Shown here one piece after another: positions 10,229-19,658 of a stretch of 64,000 nucleotides of DNA; within the stretch, counting starts at the first letter, position 1; each line of letters starts with the position of its first letter. The position numbers were made by a program, and so were the translations under genes. A model generated the notes under the pieces. The model did not search any database. It had not been told where the DNA came from and was given only the letters and a program-made list of their open reading frames with translations. The stretch is from sequence record MG592671.1. One strand, 5' to 3'.

Positions 10229-10458
10229 ACAAATTAGATACTATTCGTGTGGCACCAAGTATTTTTCCTAATCACTCAGTGGTTATGGTACCTCCTTACA
10301 AGAAAGGTGAGTTCGAGGAATTTGTAGAAATGGCTGGTATAGACGCCACACTGCTTTCTGGTCCTAAACGTCAAGGTTCTATATACCAACAACATGTGTA
10401 TTGTTATCGAGTGCATGACGTTCACCACGTTACAATATCTTTAGAATACGGTATTTAA
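10225..10458 (+). CDS. hypothetical protein (C-terminal tag family)
   Basis: Ends HHVTISLEYGI. Confidence 0.7.
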   Translation: MNKLDTIRVAPSIFPNHSVVMVPPYKKGEFEEFVEMAGIDATLLSGPKRQGSIYQQHVYCYRVHDVHHVTISLEYGI

Positions 10459-10461
10459 TTC

Positions 10462-10508
10462 TGTTACAACTCCTGCGTTGTGTGTTATAATAATACAGCA
10501 GAGGAGTT
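10462..10508 (+). promoter_or_regulatory. Phage promoter with SD-occluding inverted repeat
   Basis: TGTTACA-N14-TGTTATAAT; AACTCCT (10468) pairs with AGGAGTT (10502). Confidence 0.75.
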
Positions 10509-10513
10509 TAGCT

Positions 10514-10963
10514 ATGAAGAAAATTTTAATCCCGTTTATATTAGCGTTTTCAGGTTCAGTATTTGCCCACCCAGTAAACGACATTGTGTCAGCTTCTAAT
10601 GATTTGGATAATAATATGCCAAAGATTGAGACGTGTTACGAAGTGATCAAAACTGAACCTTCTTTGGTTTCCACATCTACAGAATGTGACTACGTCGCAG
10701 AAAGCGGTGCGCGTATACTAGAAATCCTAGTTGCTTCTCTAGAAGAAGAAGGAATTGAAGTTACTAAAGAAAATAGACGTGAGCTATTAGGAATTGCTTG
10801 GGGTGAATTAAATCTATTCGAATTCATTGACGTATCAACTACTGCTCTTAAAGAAAGTGTTGAAGAGACAAGTAAGTACGTCGCTAAAAATCATCCTGAG
10901 ATGGTTATGAAGTATCTAACAAAGGATACCATACAAAAACTTGAGCAAGGAGGCATCATTTGA
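10514..10963 (+). CDS. Exported hypothetical protein
   Basis: Signal peptide MKKILIPFILAFSGSVFA; SD GAGGAG. Confidence 0.75.
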   Translation: MKKILIPFILAFSGSVFAHPVNDIVSASNDLDNNMPKIETCYEVIKTEPSLVSTSTECDYVAESGARILEILVASLEEEGIEVTKENRRELLGIAWGELNLFEFIDVSTTALKESVEETSKYVAKNHPEMVMKYLTKDTIQKLEQGGII

Positions 10964-11178
10964 TGTCTTTTAAGCATTAAAAACTCTAGCCTATAAAGAG
11001 TTACTAACTTCTACTTTTGTATTGTTGATAACAACGTGGTATTGAGTTCAGACGCTGATGAGATATGATTAACGTTCGTGATTTTATAAAGAATATCTCC
11101 TAACTAAACTACCTGATGGCATACCATTACAGTTAGACAAGCTACTTATATTACCTTATCATTGGAGTTGGCAGTTGA
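10963..11178 (+). pseudogene. Decayed ORF
   Basis: Broken frames; one fragment reads QATYITLSLEL, resembling the C-terminal tag. Confidence 0.3.
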
Positions 11179-11375
11179 TCACAAATGGAATGAAAACTTT
11201 CGTAGAAGGTGATGATACAATAGTATATGCTAGTTCAGAATACTTTATTGAAGAGCTTGAAATTTATGCATTGCGTCTTCAAATTAGCTATGATATACAA
11301 TATTGTAATTCAGGATGGACTATTAAAATGTCACATGAAGATTTTAAACAATTTAAACTACGGTTTGATTTATGA
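11175..11375 (+). CDS. hypothetical protein
   Basis: Ends EDFKQFKLRFDL. Confidence 0.6.
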   Translation: MITNGMKTFVEGDDTIVYASSEYFIEELEIYALRLQISYDIQYCNSGWTIKMSHEDFKQFKLRFDL

Positions 11376-11611
11376 ATGGTGTACCAGTAAGTATTTACAG
11401 ACACCAAGATCCAGATAAAATGGTTCTTGTTCTGGATGGCTTTTATTATATGCCAGAAATTCAAAAAGCACTTGCTGACTTTTGTCCAGGACACAAGCTT
11501 ATAGAAGCCAGTCTTTGGCACAAGTCAGTTGAAATAAACAAAGAGCATTTAGATGGGCTTCGAGTTCATCTAGCATTAGTGAATATCGCCTCAAAGGAGA
11601 TCACAGAGTGA
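11372..11611 (+). CDS. hypothetical protein
   Basis: ATGA coupling to its neighbours. Confidence 0.65.
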   Translation: MNGVPVSIYRHQDPDKMVLVLDGFYYMPEIQKALADFCPGHKLIEASLWHKSVEINKEHLDGLRVHLALVNIASKEITE

Positions 11612-12552
11612 AAACTTTATTTTTGCCAATCGGCATGCAGGCATCCGGAAAAACAACCTGGGCTAAAGAGCTTTGTAAGCACATGAACCGTAAAGGTTCG
11701 CAAAATCGTTTAGCATTGATCTCTCGTGATGAATATCGTGATATGCTTGCCGGTGGTATCGAGAACTACACGTTCGGTAATAAGTTCAGCACTGAAGTTG
11801 AATCAATGATTACTGATGCTGCGGTTCATCAAGCTGAATTAGCTGTTGCTAAAAACTTGAACATCGTTATTGCTGACATGAACTTAAACCCAGCAACTCA
11901 ACGTTCTTGGGAAAAGTTCGCTAAGAAGAACAACATGAAAGTTGAGAAGAAAGACTTTTATGCTGAGTGGCTAGCAACTGAAGGTTCTAAATTTGACCTA
12001 CTTGTTGCTGAAGATAAGTATCTTGAACTTATGATCGAGCGTGACTTGAAGCGTCCTAACTCACTTGGTCATGAAGTTCTTACTAATACCTTCAATAAGT
12101 ATCTTCGATCTGAGCTTATCCAACACGAGCATATCCCAGGTCTACCTTCAGCAGTTATCTTTGATGTAGATGGTACACTGGCAGAAATGAATGGTCGTAT
12201 GCCATACCAATGGAAACGTGTTGGTGAAGATACAGTTCGTGAAAATGTTGCTCGTGTACTTCGAATGCACCACGCAGCTGGTGATAAAATTATCATCCTT
12301 AGCGGTCGTGATGGATCATGCCAACCAGAAACTGAGAAGTGGTTGAAAGATAATAATCTACACTATGATCATATCTGGATGCGAGCTCCAAAAGATCAAC
12401 GCAAAGATTCAATTATCAAAAATGAACTTATCGATGATCATGTAAACGGAGTATTTAATGTTCATTGCGTTTACGACGATAGAGATCAGGTAGTTCTAGT
12501 ACATCGTCGTAAAGGATTAGACTGTTTTCAAGTAGCACCTGGCGCATTCTAA
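11608..12552 (+). CDS. pseT: Polynucleotide 5'-kinase/3'-phosphatase (T4 PseT-like)
   Basis: Walker A GMQASGKTT; HAD motifs FDVDGTL and YDDR. Confidence 0.92.
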   Translation: MKTLFLPIGMQASGKTTWAKELCKHMNRKGSQNRLALISRDEYRDMLAGGIENYTFGNKFSTEVESMITDAAVHQAELAVAKNLNIVIADMNLNPATQRSWEKFAKKNNMKVEKKDFYAEWLATEGSKFDLLVAEDKYLELMIERDLKRPNSLGHEVLTNTFNKYLRSELIQHEHIPGLPSAVIFDVDGTLAEMNGRMPYQWKRVGEDTVRENVARVLRMHHAAGDKIIILSGRDGSCQPETEKWLKDNNLHYDHIWMRAPKDQRKDSIIKNELIDDHVNGVFNVHCVYDDRDQVVLVHRRKGLDCFQVAPGAF

Positions 12553-12594
12553 TAAAATGATATAATATCTATGTTAATTTAATATAGAATTATT

Positions 12595-12781
12595 ATGCTA
12601 AAGAAAAATAAATGCTTGTAAATTGTGCGGCGGTACAATTTACAAGCATCAAACATATTGTACTATGGAATGTTTTAAAACATTTATTAACCTGCCTGAT
12701 GAAAATGGCGAATCTCAAGCTAAAATAAAAATAAAAAGAATAGGAAAAGCTACGAGAGAATATCTGTCAAAAACGGATTAA
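12595..12781 (+). pseudogene. Frameshifted remnant of a Zn-finger (HNH-type) endonuclease
   Basis: CKLCG...YCTMEC is out of frame with ATG12595. Confidence 0.45.
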
Positions 12782-12931
12782 CCATAGAACAAATCGAGTT
12801 AACAATTAGAGAGATGGTATAAGGTACAACAAAGATGATTATATCCATTAACTTGATTTGCTTCTTTATAGATTATAGACGCAGCAATAACTCCTAAAAT
12901 TTGTATTATAACATTTAACTAGGTATATGAT

Positions 12932-13216
12932 ATGCTCACGCCACATATGATTGAACATATGTTTGTTGAAACAAAAGGAAAATTTAGCTTCATCTGTTTC
13001 AAGAGAGCTGAAAATACAGTCGAAAAACGTACTGTTAGGCAGTTGTTGAGCTACCTTGGTATATCATTTCACTTTATTCCTGGTAGCTATGTACACGAAA
13101 ATCTTGTGCAGGGAGCAGATTCTGAAATAAGTTCTGATAATATCAAATGTGATTCTTGCTCTTGCTATCAGATAAAAACTGAAGACTTGGCACACCTTGC
13201 ACTAATGGGTTTATAA
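12932..13216 (+). CDS. hypothetical protein (C-terminal tag family)
   Basis: Ends EDLAHLALMGL. Confidence 0.7.
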   Translation: MLTPHMIEHMFVETKGKFSFICFKRAENTVEKRTVRQLLSYLGISFHFIPGSYVHENLVQGADSEISSDNIKCDSCSCYQIKTEDLAHLALMGL

Positions 13217-13443
13217 TGACAGAAAAAGAATTAGTGGTTCTTATTAAACATCTTATGGAAAGAGAACCACATTTCCCTTATTCCCATATCTCTGCTGGTG
13301 TTCCGTTAACACTTAATGCATGTCTGACATTTGCTATTGAGTATTGGCAAGACATTCCTACAAGGGGTGTCTTTGAAAAGCACACAATCTATGGAACATT
13401 TGCTATGTGGCTTAGAGATCGTGACTGGGGGAAAAACTTATGA
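13216..13443 (+). CDS. MTE-family small protein
   Basis: MTEKE start and central YWQDI. Confidence 0.7.
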   Translation: MTEKELVVLIKHLMEREPHFPYSHISAGVPLTLNACLTFAIEYWQDIPTRGVFEKHTIYGTFAMWLRDRDWGKNL

Positions 13444-13715
13444 GTTTAGATCTACAAGGATCTATTAGTTGGATTACTGGCAACGACCCTTACCATTATC
13501 ATGATGAAGATGAGTTCTGTTCTAGACTAAAACAACAAATCAGATACACTAGTCGTATTTCACAAGATGAATTCTACGGTAAAGATTATGTGATCAAAGA
13601 ATATAATAATCTATTCCACTTTGCAGAATACGGTTGTTATTTTTGGGAATCGTGGAACGGTTATAGTATGGATATCTTCTGGCGCCCAGTAAAGCTGGAT
13701 CCTCTGTTTAGCTAG
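13440..13715 (+). CDS. hypothetical protein
   Basis: ATGA coupling. Confidence 0.7.
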   Translation: MSLDLQGSISWITGNDPYHYHDEDEFCSRLKQQIRYTSRISQDEFYGKDYVIKEYNNLFHFAEYGCYFWESWNGYSMDIFWRPVKLDPLFS

Positions 13716-13720
13716 GCAGT

Positions 13721-13750
13721 AGCAATACTACCTTATTAACGTGTTATAAT
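13721..13750 (+). promoter_or_regulatory. Phage promoter driving the MTE array
   Basis: GCAATA-N14-TGTTATAAT (core at 13742). Confidence 0.7.
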
Positions 13751-13761
13751 AAAGTATAATT

Positions 13762-13977
13762 ATGTCAAATGAAGATCTTCTTTTAGAGAATTTAAATCTC
13801 TGTTTTGCGATTATTGAGACTAATATTGTAACTATTAGTGGTCCTATTATTGGAGTTGGTTCTCTTATAGATAAAGATTTGGCAGAGAAATCACTTTCTA
13901 TGGTGTATATAATACTTACTCGTATTCTCGATGGAGAATGCCACGGTATGAAATGGGAAGAGTTTGCTTATGACTGA
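13762..13977 (+). CDS. First small ORF of the tandem array
   Basis: Its stop lies inside ATGACTGA. Confidence 0.65.
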   Translation: MSNEDLLLENLNLCFAIIETNIVTISGPIIGVGSLIDKDLAEKSLSMVYIILTRILDGECHGMKWEEFAYD

Positions 13978-14245
13978 CGAAGAAACACTTGAATTATTAA
14001 AATTTTTTATATATAAACTTAAAACAGGCAACCTCACAACAAAAATCAACATCAATGAGCGCTTAACATTTATATTGGGAGGGGGAGAAATCCAAGTTCC
14101 TTCTACTGATACTGCCTTCGATCAAAGTATTATTGCTCGATGGTGTAGAGCTTACAATACAGAAATCCATCGTGTTGAATATAAACCTCATAGATGTGAA
14201 TTACATCCAGTAGTTAAGCAAAAACGTACGGACTGGCAGCAATGA
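13970..14245 (+). CDS. MTE-family small protein
   Basis: MTDEE. Confidence 0.7.
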   Translation: MTDEETLELLKFFIYKLKTGNLTTKININERLTFILGGGEIQVPSTDTAFDQSIIARWCRAYNTEIHRVEYKPHRCELHPVVKQKRTDWQQ

Positions 14246-14439
14246 CGGAAGATCAAATATATAATACTATTAAACATTTAGTAGAAGATCTAAGGATTAA
14301 CTCCAACAATAAAAGTATTGTATGGCAGATCAATTTATCGTTCATAGCAATAATGGAACAATCATCTAATATTGTCATTAATGAATGGTATTATGTTATT
14401 GATTATGCTCTGAAGCATAGGATGTCGTTGCATGACTGA
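14242..14439 (+). CDS. MTE-family small protein
   Basis: MTEDQ. Confidence 0.7.
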   Translation: MTEDQIYNTIKHLVEDLRINSNNKSIVWQINLSFIAIMEQSSNIVINEWYYVIDYALKHRMSLHD

Positions 14440-14641
14440 AGAACAACTTCAAACAATTGTTTCGTCCCTTTCTTGTGATTTAGAACAATGGCATAGCTAC
14501 ACAAGACTAGGGTATCAAATAGAACTCCAAACTGTTATGATTTATTGGAACGATATCCTTATTGACCGAGGATATTTGTGGCCTGATTTCCGTCAATGGA
14601 TGGCTAACAACAAACATAAATGGGTTAGATTTGATGACTGA
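14432..14641 (+). CDS. MTE-family small protein
   Basis: MTEEQ, IYWNDI. Confidence 0.7.
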   Translation: MTEEQLQTIVSSLSCDLEQWHSYTRLGYQIELQTVMIYWNDILIDRGYLWPDFRQWMANNKHKWVRFDD

Positions 14642-14867
14642 AAAACAACTATACATTTTAATAAAATATATAAGTTCCAGAGCTAGTTATAACTCCATAG
14701 TAACTACTAGTTTCTGGGGCCAGACATTGTTTATTCTTTCTCAACACTGGCAAGATATCAACTTAGGACTAGGTGATATAGGGGAAAAGTTAGAATCTCC
14801 TGATAATCTAATAGTCCTATATAAGGCATGGGCTGCTACTAAATGTCCCTCAGGATATTACCTATGA
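14634..14867 (+). CDS. MTE-family small protein
   Basis: MTEKQ, QHWQDI; start moved to ATG14634. Confidence 0.7.
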   Translation: MTEKQLYILIKYISSRASYNSIVTTSFWGQTLFILSQHWQDINLGLGDIGEKLESPDNLIVLYKAWAATKCPSGYYL

Positions 14868-15049
14868 CTGAAAAACAATTCTTAATAGCTTTCACTGGCT
14901 CATTTCACTTAGTTGAGATGGGCAATTGGAGTGCTTGGTTTATAACTCAACTGTGTGAAAATTGGCATGCAGATATGGATTTGGATCCATCCGAAACTTT
15001 GTACTCTACAATTGTAGATGCTTTTTGTTATAGTGGGTATATGTCATGA
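14864..15049 (+). CDS. MTE-family small protein
   Basis: MTEKQ, ENWHAD. Confidence 0.7.
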   Translation: MTEKQFLIAFTGSFHLVEMGNWSAWFITQLCENWHADMDLDPSETLYSTIVDAFCYSGYMS

Positions 15050-15246
15050 CTGAGGATTTGGTAGCAAGATTAGTTATCATGTTAAGTGATGAACTTAAAC
15101 CAAGCACTATTACAACTCATCGTGAAGATCTCAATCGTCAACTAATCGCAGTTTTAATATTTTGGCCTGAGATGAAATGCCTGACTATAAGTCAAGCATT
15201 AGGTGATATTCGTAAATGGGTAGATAAGGTGTTATGTCATGACTGA
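15046..15246 (+). CDS. MTE-family small protein
   Basis: MTEDL, IFWPEM. Confidence 0.7.
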   Translation: MTEDLVARLVIMLSDELKPSTITTHREDLNRQLIAVLIFWPEMKCLTISQALGDIRKWVDKVLCHD

Positions 15247-15436
15247 AGATATAGCTACTGAGATTTGTATGAGGCTAACTAGAGATCTCAGTAGATTTCG
15301 ACATCGTCCTAGATGGGTGAAAACTTGTGCTTGGTACTTACAGACTCTTATAGAGACGTGGCCTGAAAGTAAGGCAACTACCATTATTGAATTTCTTGAT
15401 GAGCATATAGAACCTGATGGTGAACGTGATGTCTGA
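15239..15436 (+). CDS. MTE-family small protein
   Basis: MTEDI, ETWPES. Confidence 0.7.
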   Translation: MTEDIATEICMRLTRDLSRFRHRPRWVKTCAWYLQTLIETWPESKATTIIEFLDEHIEPDGERDV

Positions 15437-15641
15437 AGAACAGTTTTATAACGTAGCTCACTTTTATATCGACCTGCATGATTATCTTCAAAATTACCCA
15501 GAACGTCCATACCCTGTGATGCTTGCAACATTATGCAAACACTGGAAAGATATCATTATTGTTGAAGACTGGATGGTCATTGAGGAATTCAAAGACTGGG
15601 TTGATGATAACGAAGATAAAATAGTGGTATTCCATGACTGA
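15429..15641 (+). CDS. MTE-family small protein
   Basis: MSEEQ, KHWKDI. Confidence 0.7.
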   Translation: MSEEQFYNVAHFYIDLHDYLQNYPERPYPVMLATLCKHWKDIIIVEDWMVIEEFKDWVDDNEDKIVVFHD

Positions 15642-15837
15642 AGATAATGCTAATGATATTTTAGTTGAGCTTGTTAAGACACTTGAAAAAGACATAACCA
15701 ATACGAATACTATTACAATAAATCGTTTGTTCTACTTCACTCAAAATTGGCCATCAATAAAGACGATCGATGTATTCCATTATTGTATGTATCATAGTGG
15801 TATATATTATAAAGAGGAGCAACTCATCAATGACTGA
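15634..15837 (+). CDS. MTE-family small protein
   Basis: MTEDN, QNWPSI. Confidence 0.7.
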   Translation: MTEDNANDILVELVKTLEKDITNTNTITINRLFYFTQNWPSIKTIDVFHYCMYHSGIYYKEEQLIND

Positions 15838-16042
15838 AGATCAATTTGTTGGTATTTTAGACCTTCTTTTGTGGTCGTATCAGTTTGGAGAAACTGCTGA
15901 TTCTAGAGATGATAAAGCTTATTCTCTTAATAGAATATATTATCTAGCTGAAAACTGGCATTCATTAGATAGAATGACCTGTGCTGAATACATGACTTGG
16001 TACAGCCAAAATAGTACCCACCTACATAAACTTATTAATTAG
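15830..16042 (+). CDS. MTE-family small protein
   Basis: MTEDQ, ENWHSL. Confidence 0.7.
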   Translation: MTEDQFVGILDLLLWSYQFGETADSRDDKAYSLNRIYYLAENWHSLDRMTCAEYMTWYSQNSTHLHKLIN

Positions 16043-16085
16043 GAACGTCCTGCTCCGCATTAACTACCAAATAAAGAAAATTAAT

Positions 16086-16361
16086 ATGGCAAAAGCTAGA
16101 CCTAATGTGGATGTCTGTCTTGAGCATATATGCACTTACAATAATGAATATCAAACGTGTGGTCGACCTAAATTATCTGATATTTTGTCAGGAAGTCCAA
16201 CAACAACGTCGATGATTACAGAAGATAAGATGGCTATTGTTGCTATGTATCGTTATTTTGGATGTAAAATTTATGGAACTCTGAAGCAAAAGATTAAGAT
16301 CCATTATAATGCTCATGAAGAACTTGATCAAGTAACACTTACACTTGGAGGCTCACTATAA
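16086..16361 (+). CDS. hypothetical protein (C-terminal tag family)
   Basis: Ends EELDQVTLTLGGSL. Confidence 0.7.
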   Translation: MAKARPNVDVCLEHICTYNNEYQTCGRPKLSDILSGSPTTTSMITEDKMAIVAMYRYFGCKIYGTLKQKIKIHYNAHEELDQVTLTLGGSL

Positions 16362-16678
16362 TGGACTTAGAAGAATTTGTTAAATTCGTTCAAATAGCTA
16401 AAGACTTCAATAATGAATATATTGAAGTAAAAGATTCATATAGACGCCAATGCTCTATAAAAGATCTTACTCACAAAATTGATAACTGGACTGCTTCTAG
16501 TATGTTCAAGATTTTAGCCCAGGAAAAGCTAGATAGACTTCTTAAGTATCAGTCTTGTCTAGAATATTTCAAATGCCATACACCAGAAGCGTGTATCCGT
16601 AATGCTGATTATATAATTGCTGATATGTCTGACGAAGACCTTGTTACCCTATCCCTATTAGGAATATTCAATGAGTGA
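16361..16678 (+). CDS. hypothetical protein (C-terminal tag family)
   Basis: Ends DEDLVTLSLLGIFNE. Confidence 0.7.
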   Translation: MDLEEFVKFVQIAKDFNNEYIEVKDSYRRQCSIKDLTHKIDNWTASSMFKILAQEKLDRLLKYQSCLEYFKCHTPEACIRNADYIIADMSDEDLVTLSLLGIFNE

Positions 16679-16865
16679 TTTCTTTCGTTGGGCATACGCC
16701 GTTCTAGCAGTTATTACATATGTTCCTTACGGTTTAATGTGGTACTGCGCTCCAAAAGTTTTTAAACTGCAAAACTTAGATCCATTAGAAGAGTTAGGAT
16801 TTATGATCAGCGCGATCGCAATCACTATTCATAGACTGCTAATAATCACGTATTTTATTATATAA
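16671..16865 (+). CDS. Small membrane protein
   Basis: Two hydrophobic segments. Confidence 0.6.
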   Translation: MSDFFRWAYAVLAVITYVPYGLMWYCAPKVFKLQNLDPLEELGFMISAIAITIHRLLIITYFII

Positions 16866-16871
16866 GGAAAC

Positions 16872-16914
16872 TCTCCAATAGTAATGTTATAATAAAGTAA
16901 TATTCTATTGGAGA
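16872..16914 (+). promoter_or_regulatory. Promoter inside a 10-bp SD-occluding hairpin
   Basis: TCTCCAATAG / CTATTGGAGA flank TGTTATAAT at 16885. Confidence 0.75.
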
Positions 16915-16919
16915 AAATT

Positions 16920-17885
16920 ATGGAAAAGCGACAATTTGTGCATGATTTATCTGAGGATGCGTTTGCGGAGTATCTATCTAGTTTTAAGCATCCTTACTCA
17001 AGAGGCATACAAGGACAGCTAAATTTTGAGAAGCACGTGAATAAATTAGGATGGAGTTTTCCTGAGGATTATTTTTATGATGCAGGGTATAAGAAATTAT
17101 CGTTAATATGCCCTAAAAATCACGTGAGAGAAATGAAACCACAAGACTTTATAAAAACTAAAGATTGCTCACTCTGCTCAGGTATGCAAAAAGAAGGAGC
17201 AGAAGAAAATATAATCAAACTTTTTGAATCAGAAGGTTATAAAAAAGATACCTCGTTCGAATATATTAATAATCACACTAAACTTGATTTAGTATGTCCT
17301 GTAGGACACAGTACGAGAATACTACCACATAGATTTAGGACAGGCACACGCTGTGATATCTGTACAGGGTTCAATAGAGATCTAACAAGACAAAAATTTT
17401 ATGATATATTAGATAATATCGGGTACATAATTGAAGGAGAGTTTGAATATAATAATGGTAAATCTAGAGTTAAGTTGATATGCAATGAAGGGCATAAATT
17501 TGAATCTTGTCCTGAAGATATTAAAAGAGATGTTAGGTGTTCTGTATGCTATATGCCTAAAGGTGAGCGCGAAGTATTAGCATATCTTGAAAAGAACAAT
17601 ATCGAATATAGAACTCAGCAAACTTTTGACGATTGTGTATATCGCAGTAAATTACGCTTTGATTTTAGTATTATTATTAATGGGGAAATGAGGCTTATTG
17701 AATATAACGGAGAGCAACATTATCACTGTAGAGGTTTATTTGATAATGAAGAAGCATTTAAAATCCAACAAATAAAAGATAATATAAAACGTGACTATTG
17801 TAAGAAACATAATATCCCACTTCTTGAAATAAAATACACAGAATTTAGAAACATTAACTTAATCTTAGAAGGTTTTATAAAATGA
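16920..17885 (+). mobile_element. Free-standing homing endonuclease (Zn-ribbon repeats plus PD-(D/E)XK/DUF559-like domain)
   Basis: CP-GH...C-xC repeats; LRFDF, IEYNGEQHY. Confidence 0.75.
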
Positions 17886-18424
17886 GATTTTATGCATTCT
17901 GTAATATGTACATGTCAGGCATCCACGCTGGCATCCAAACAAGTCACTCTTTACATGAGATGTTTGTAAAGTACCAACACGCAGGTTCGCCAAAAACAAA
18001 AGCAGCTCAAGATACTTTGTTTGATTGGGCACGCAACCACAAAACTACTATCGTATTAAACGGTGGTATGCAAGAGAACTTGGAAGATCTGTTTTACTTT
18101 CTAGGCATGGATGCAAACCCTTACCCATTTGCCAAGTTCCACGAAGCTGACTTTAGTCTAAATGGCGCGCTAACAAACGTAGGTATCGTTCTACCAGAAG
18201 CAATATACAAAACAGCGGCAGAGCTACGTCAATTTAAATCTCATGGAAACACACATCGTATCAAAGAACACGATGATGGATCGCTGCACGTATTTCGAGA
18301 CTCGAAAAGAAACATTTTATTAGTTACTGATGACGTGACTGGGGAGAATGCGCATCACGAAGTGTACAGTCCTTGGCAGCATGAGTTGATGCGACGTATG
18401 AATCGTTGCAATCTGATGAGTTAA
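17882..18424 (+). CDS. Possible peptidyl-tRNA hydrolase 2-like protein
   Basis: GIQTSHS, HKTTIVLNGG, F-E...LT-VG pattern recalls the PTH2 fold; tentative. Confidence 0.45.
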   Translation: MRFYAFCNMYMSGIHAGIQTSHSLHEMFVKYQHAGSPKTKAAQDTLFDWARNHKTTIVLNGGMQENLEDLFYFLGMDANPYPFAKFHEADFSLNGALTNVGIVLPEAIYKTAAELRQFKSHGNTHRIKEHDDGSLHVFRDSKRNILLVTDDVTGENAHHEVYSPWQHELMRRMNRCNLMS

Positions 18425-18434
18425 CGGGAGATAT

Positions 18435-18818
18435 ATGAAGGTAACATATAACGACAGGTATACGTTTGATCACCCATTTGACGAAACAACTGAGTTTGAA
18501 CTTAATATACTAGGGACGTTCGAAATAGTTATAGATTTTGACGGAGCCATGTTCTCTAACTCACTATCATGGGAATGCACTGGCGACGACCAGCAATCAT
18601 CGCGTGATGATGAAGAAAGAAGAGACACTGAATCGCGCAATTTTTTATGTACGCACTATATTGATGATTTGGCACTAATGTACCAGATAGTTGATGAATA
18701 TTTGTTCCACGACCTAGAAGGAAAGGAAGCATTACGTTATTTGGAAAATATTCCAAATGATGCTAAGGTTGTTATATTGAATAACTTGTCAGAAAAAGGA
18801 CCAACAAATGAACGATAA
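18435..18818 (+). CDS. hypothetical protein
   Basis: SD GGGAG. Confidence 0.7.
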   Translation: MKVTYNDRYTFDHPFDETTEFELNILGTFEIVIDFDGAMFSNSLSWECTGDDQQSSRDDEERRDTESRNFLCTHYIDDLALMYQIVDEYLFHDLEGKEALRYLENIPNDAKVVILNNLSEKGPTNER

Positions 18819-19254
18819 AGAACGAATAGATTTGCTAAATTCTGCATTCATGTCCGAGTGGCTTGATAGCTATTGCTTTGGTGTAGAAGGTGAAGAAGAT
18901 CAGTTTGAGCTCGTTGTTATTGAAGGTTTAAATCAACGCTTTGTTGCTGTGGTGAACTCTGGCACTTTTATTGATCGTCTTTGGGTAGACTCGGATGGTA
19001 CGGTATGGGCAGCAGGAGGTCAAGATGATCCGTTTTTGCCACAACCAGACTGGGATGTTGATAAGGTGAATGGTAAATGGTACTGTGGTGATGAAATTGA
19101 GCAGGTAGGCGAAAATTTCCAATTCAACTACGGGTGTCATTGGTACTCATCTATGTGTATTCCTAAAGTTAAGTCTTACAGCATCACACCAGAAAGTTAT
19201 GCATACTTGACTACTAAATGGTTTTTAGAGTATCCGGATAAACGAGATGAATGA
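18808..19254 (+). CDS. hypothetical protein
   Basis: SD AAGGA, coupled. Confidence 0.7.
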   Translation: MNDKERIDLLNSAFMSEWLDSYCFGVEGEEDQFELVVIEGLNQRFVAVVNSGTFIDRLWVDSDGTVWAAGGQDDPFLPQPDWDVDKVNGKWYCGDEIEQVGENFQFNYGCHWYSSMCIPKVKSYSITPESYAYLTTKWFLEYPDKRDE

Positions 19255-19544
19255 TGATTGTAACAGTTGACGACCACATACATGCTGACTTCTGTTGTAA
19301 AATGTCTGACTTAGATATCAACTTGGAATACCTAGGGAAGTTTAGGAAAAGTAGGTCATGGTCTAATGAGCTAGGATATTCTGTTCCTAAGCACAGAAGT
19401 GAAACTTATGATGTATACATAACTGCTTATTTTGATGAAAATTATGTGGAATACAGATACAGGACTACTAGCTCGGTAGATGTTGCAACTATTATAATGG
19501 ACAATACATATTCATTTTTATTTGATTGTGGGATTTTAGTATAA
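19251..19544 (+). CDS. hypothetical protein
   Basis: ATGA coupling. Confidence 0.65.
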   Translation: MMIVTVDDHIHADFCCKMSDLDINLEYLGKFRKSRSWSNELGYSVPKHRSETYDVYITAYFDENYVEYRYRTTSSVDVATIIMDNTYSFLFDCGILV

Positions 19545-19554
19545 TAAAAAGGAA

Positions 19555-19596
19555 CTCTACTATAATGTTATACTGTGTTATGGCAAAATAGTAGAG
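19555..19596 (+). promoter_or_regulatory. Promoter variant inside a 9-bp inverted repeat
   Basis: CTCTACTAT / ATAGTAGAG flank TGTTATACT. Confidence 0.55.
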
Positions 19597-19658
19597 ATTT
19601 TGTCTGTACAAAACGTTGATTCGTTAAAATATCAACACTCCCACTCTAAGGGAAGAAC

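Noticed and set aside
13970-16042. CRISPR array or integron attC array
   Set aside because: The repeat is only ~8-12 nt coinciding with start codons; no palindromic attC and no constant spacer length
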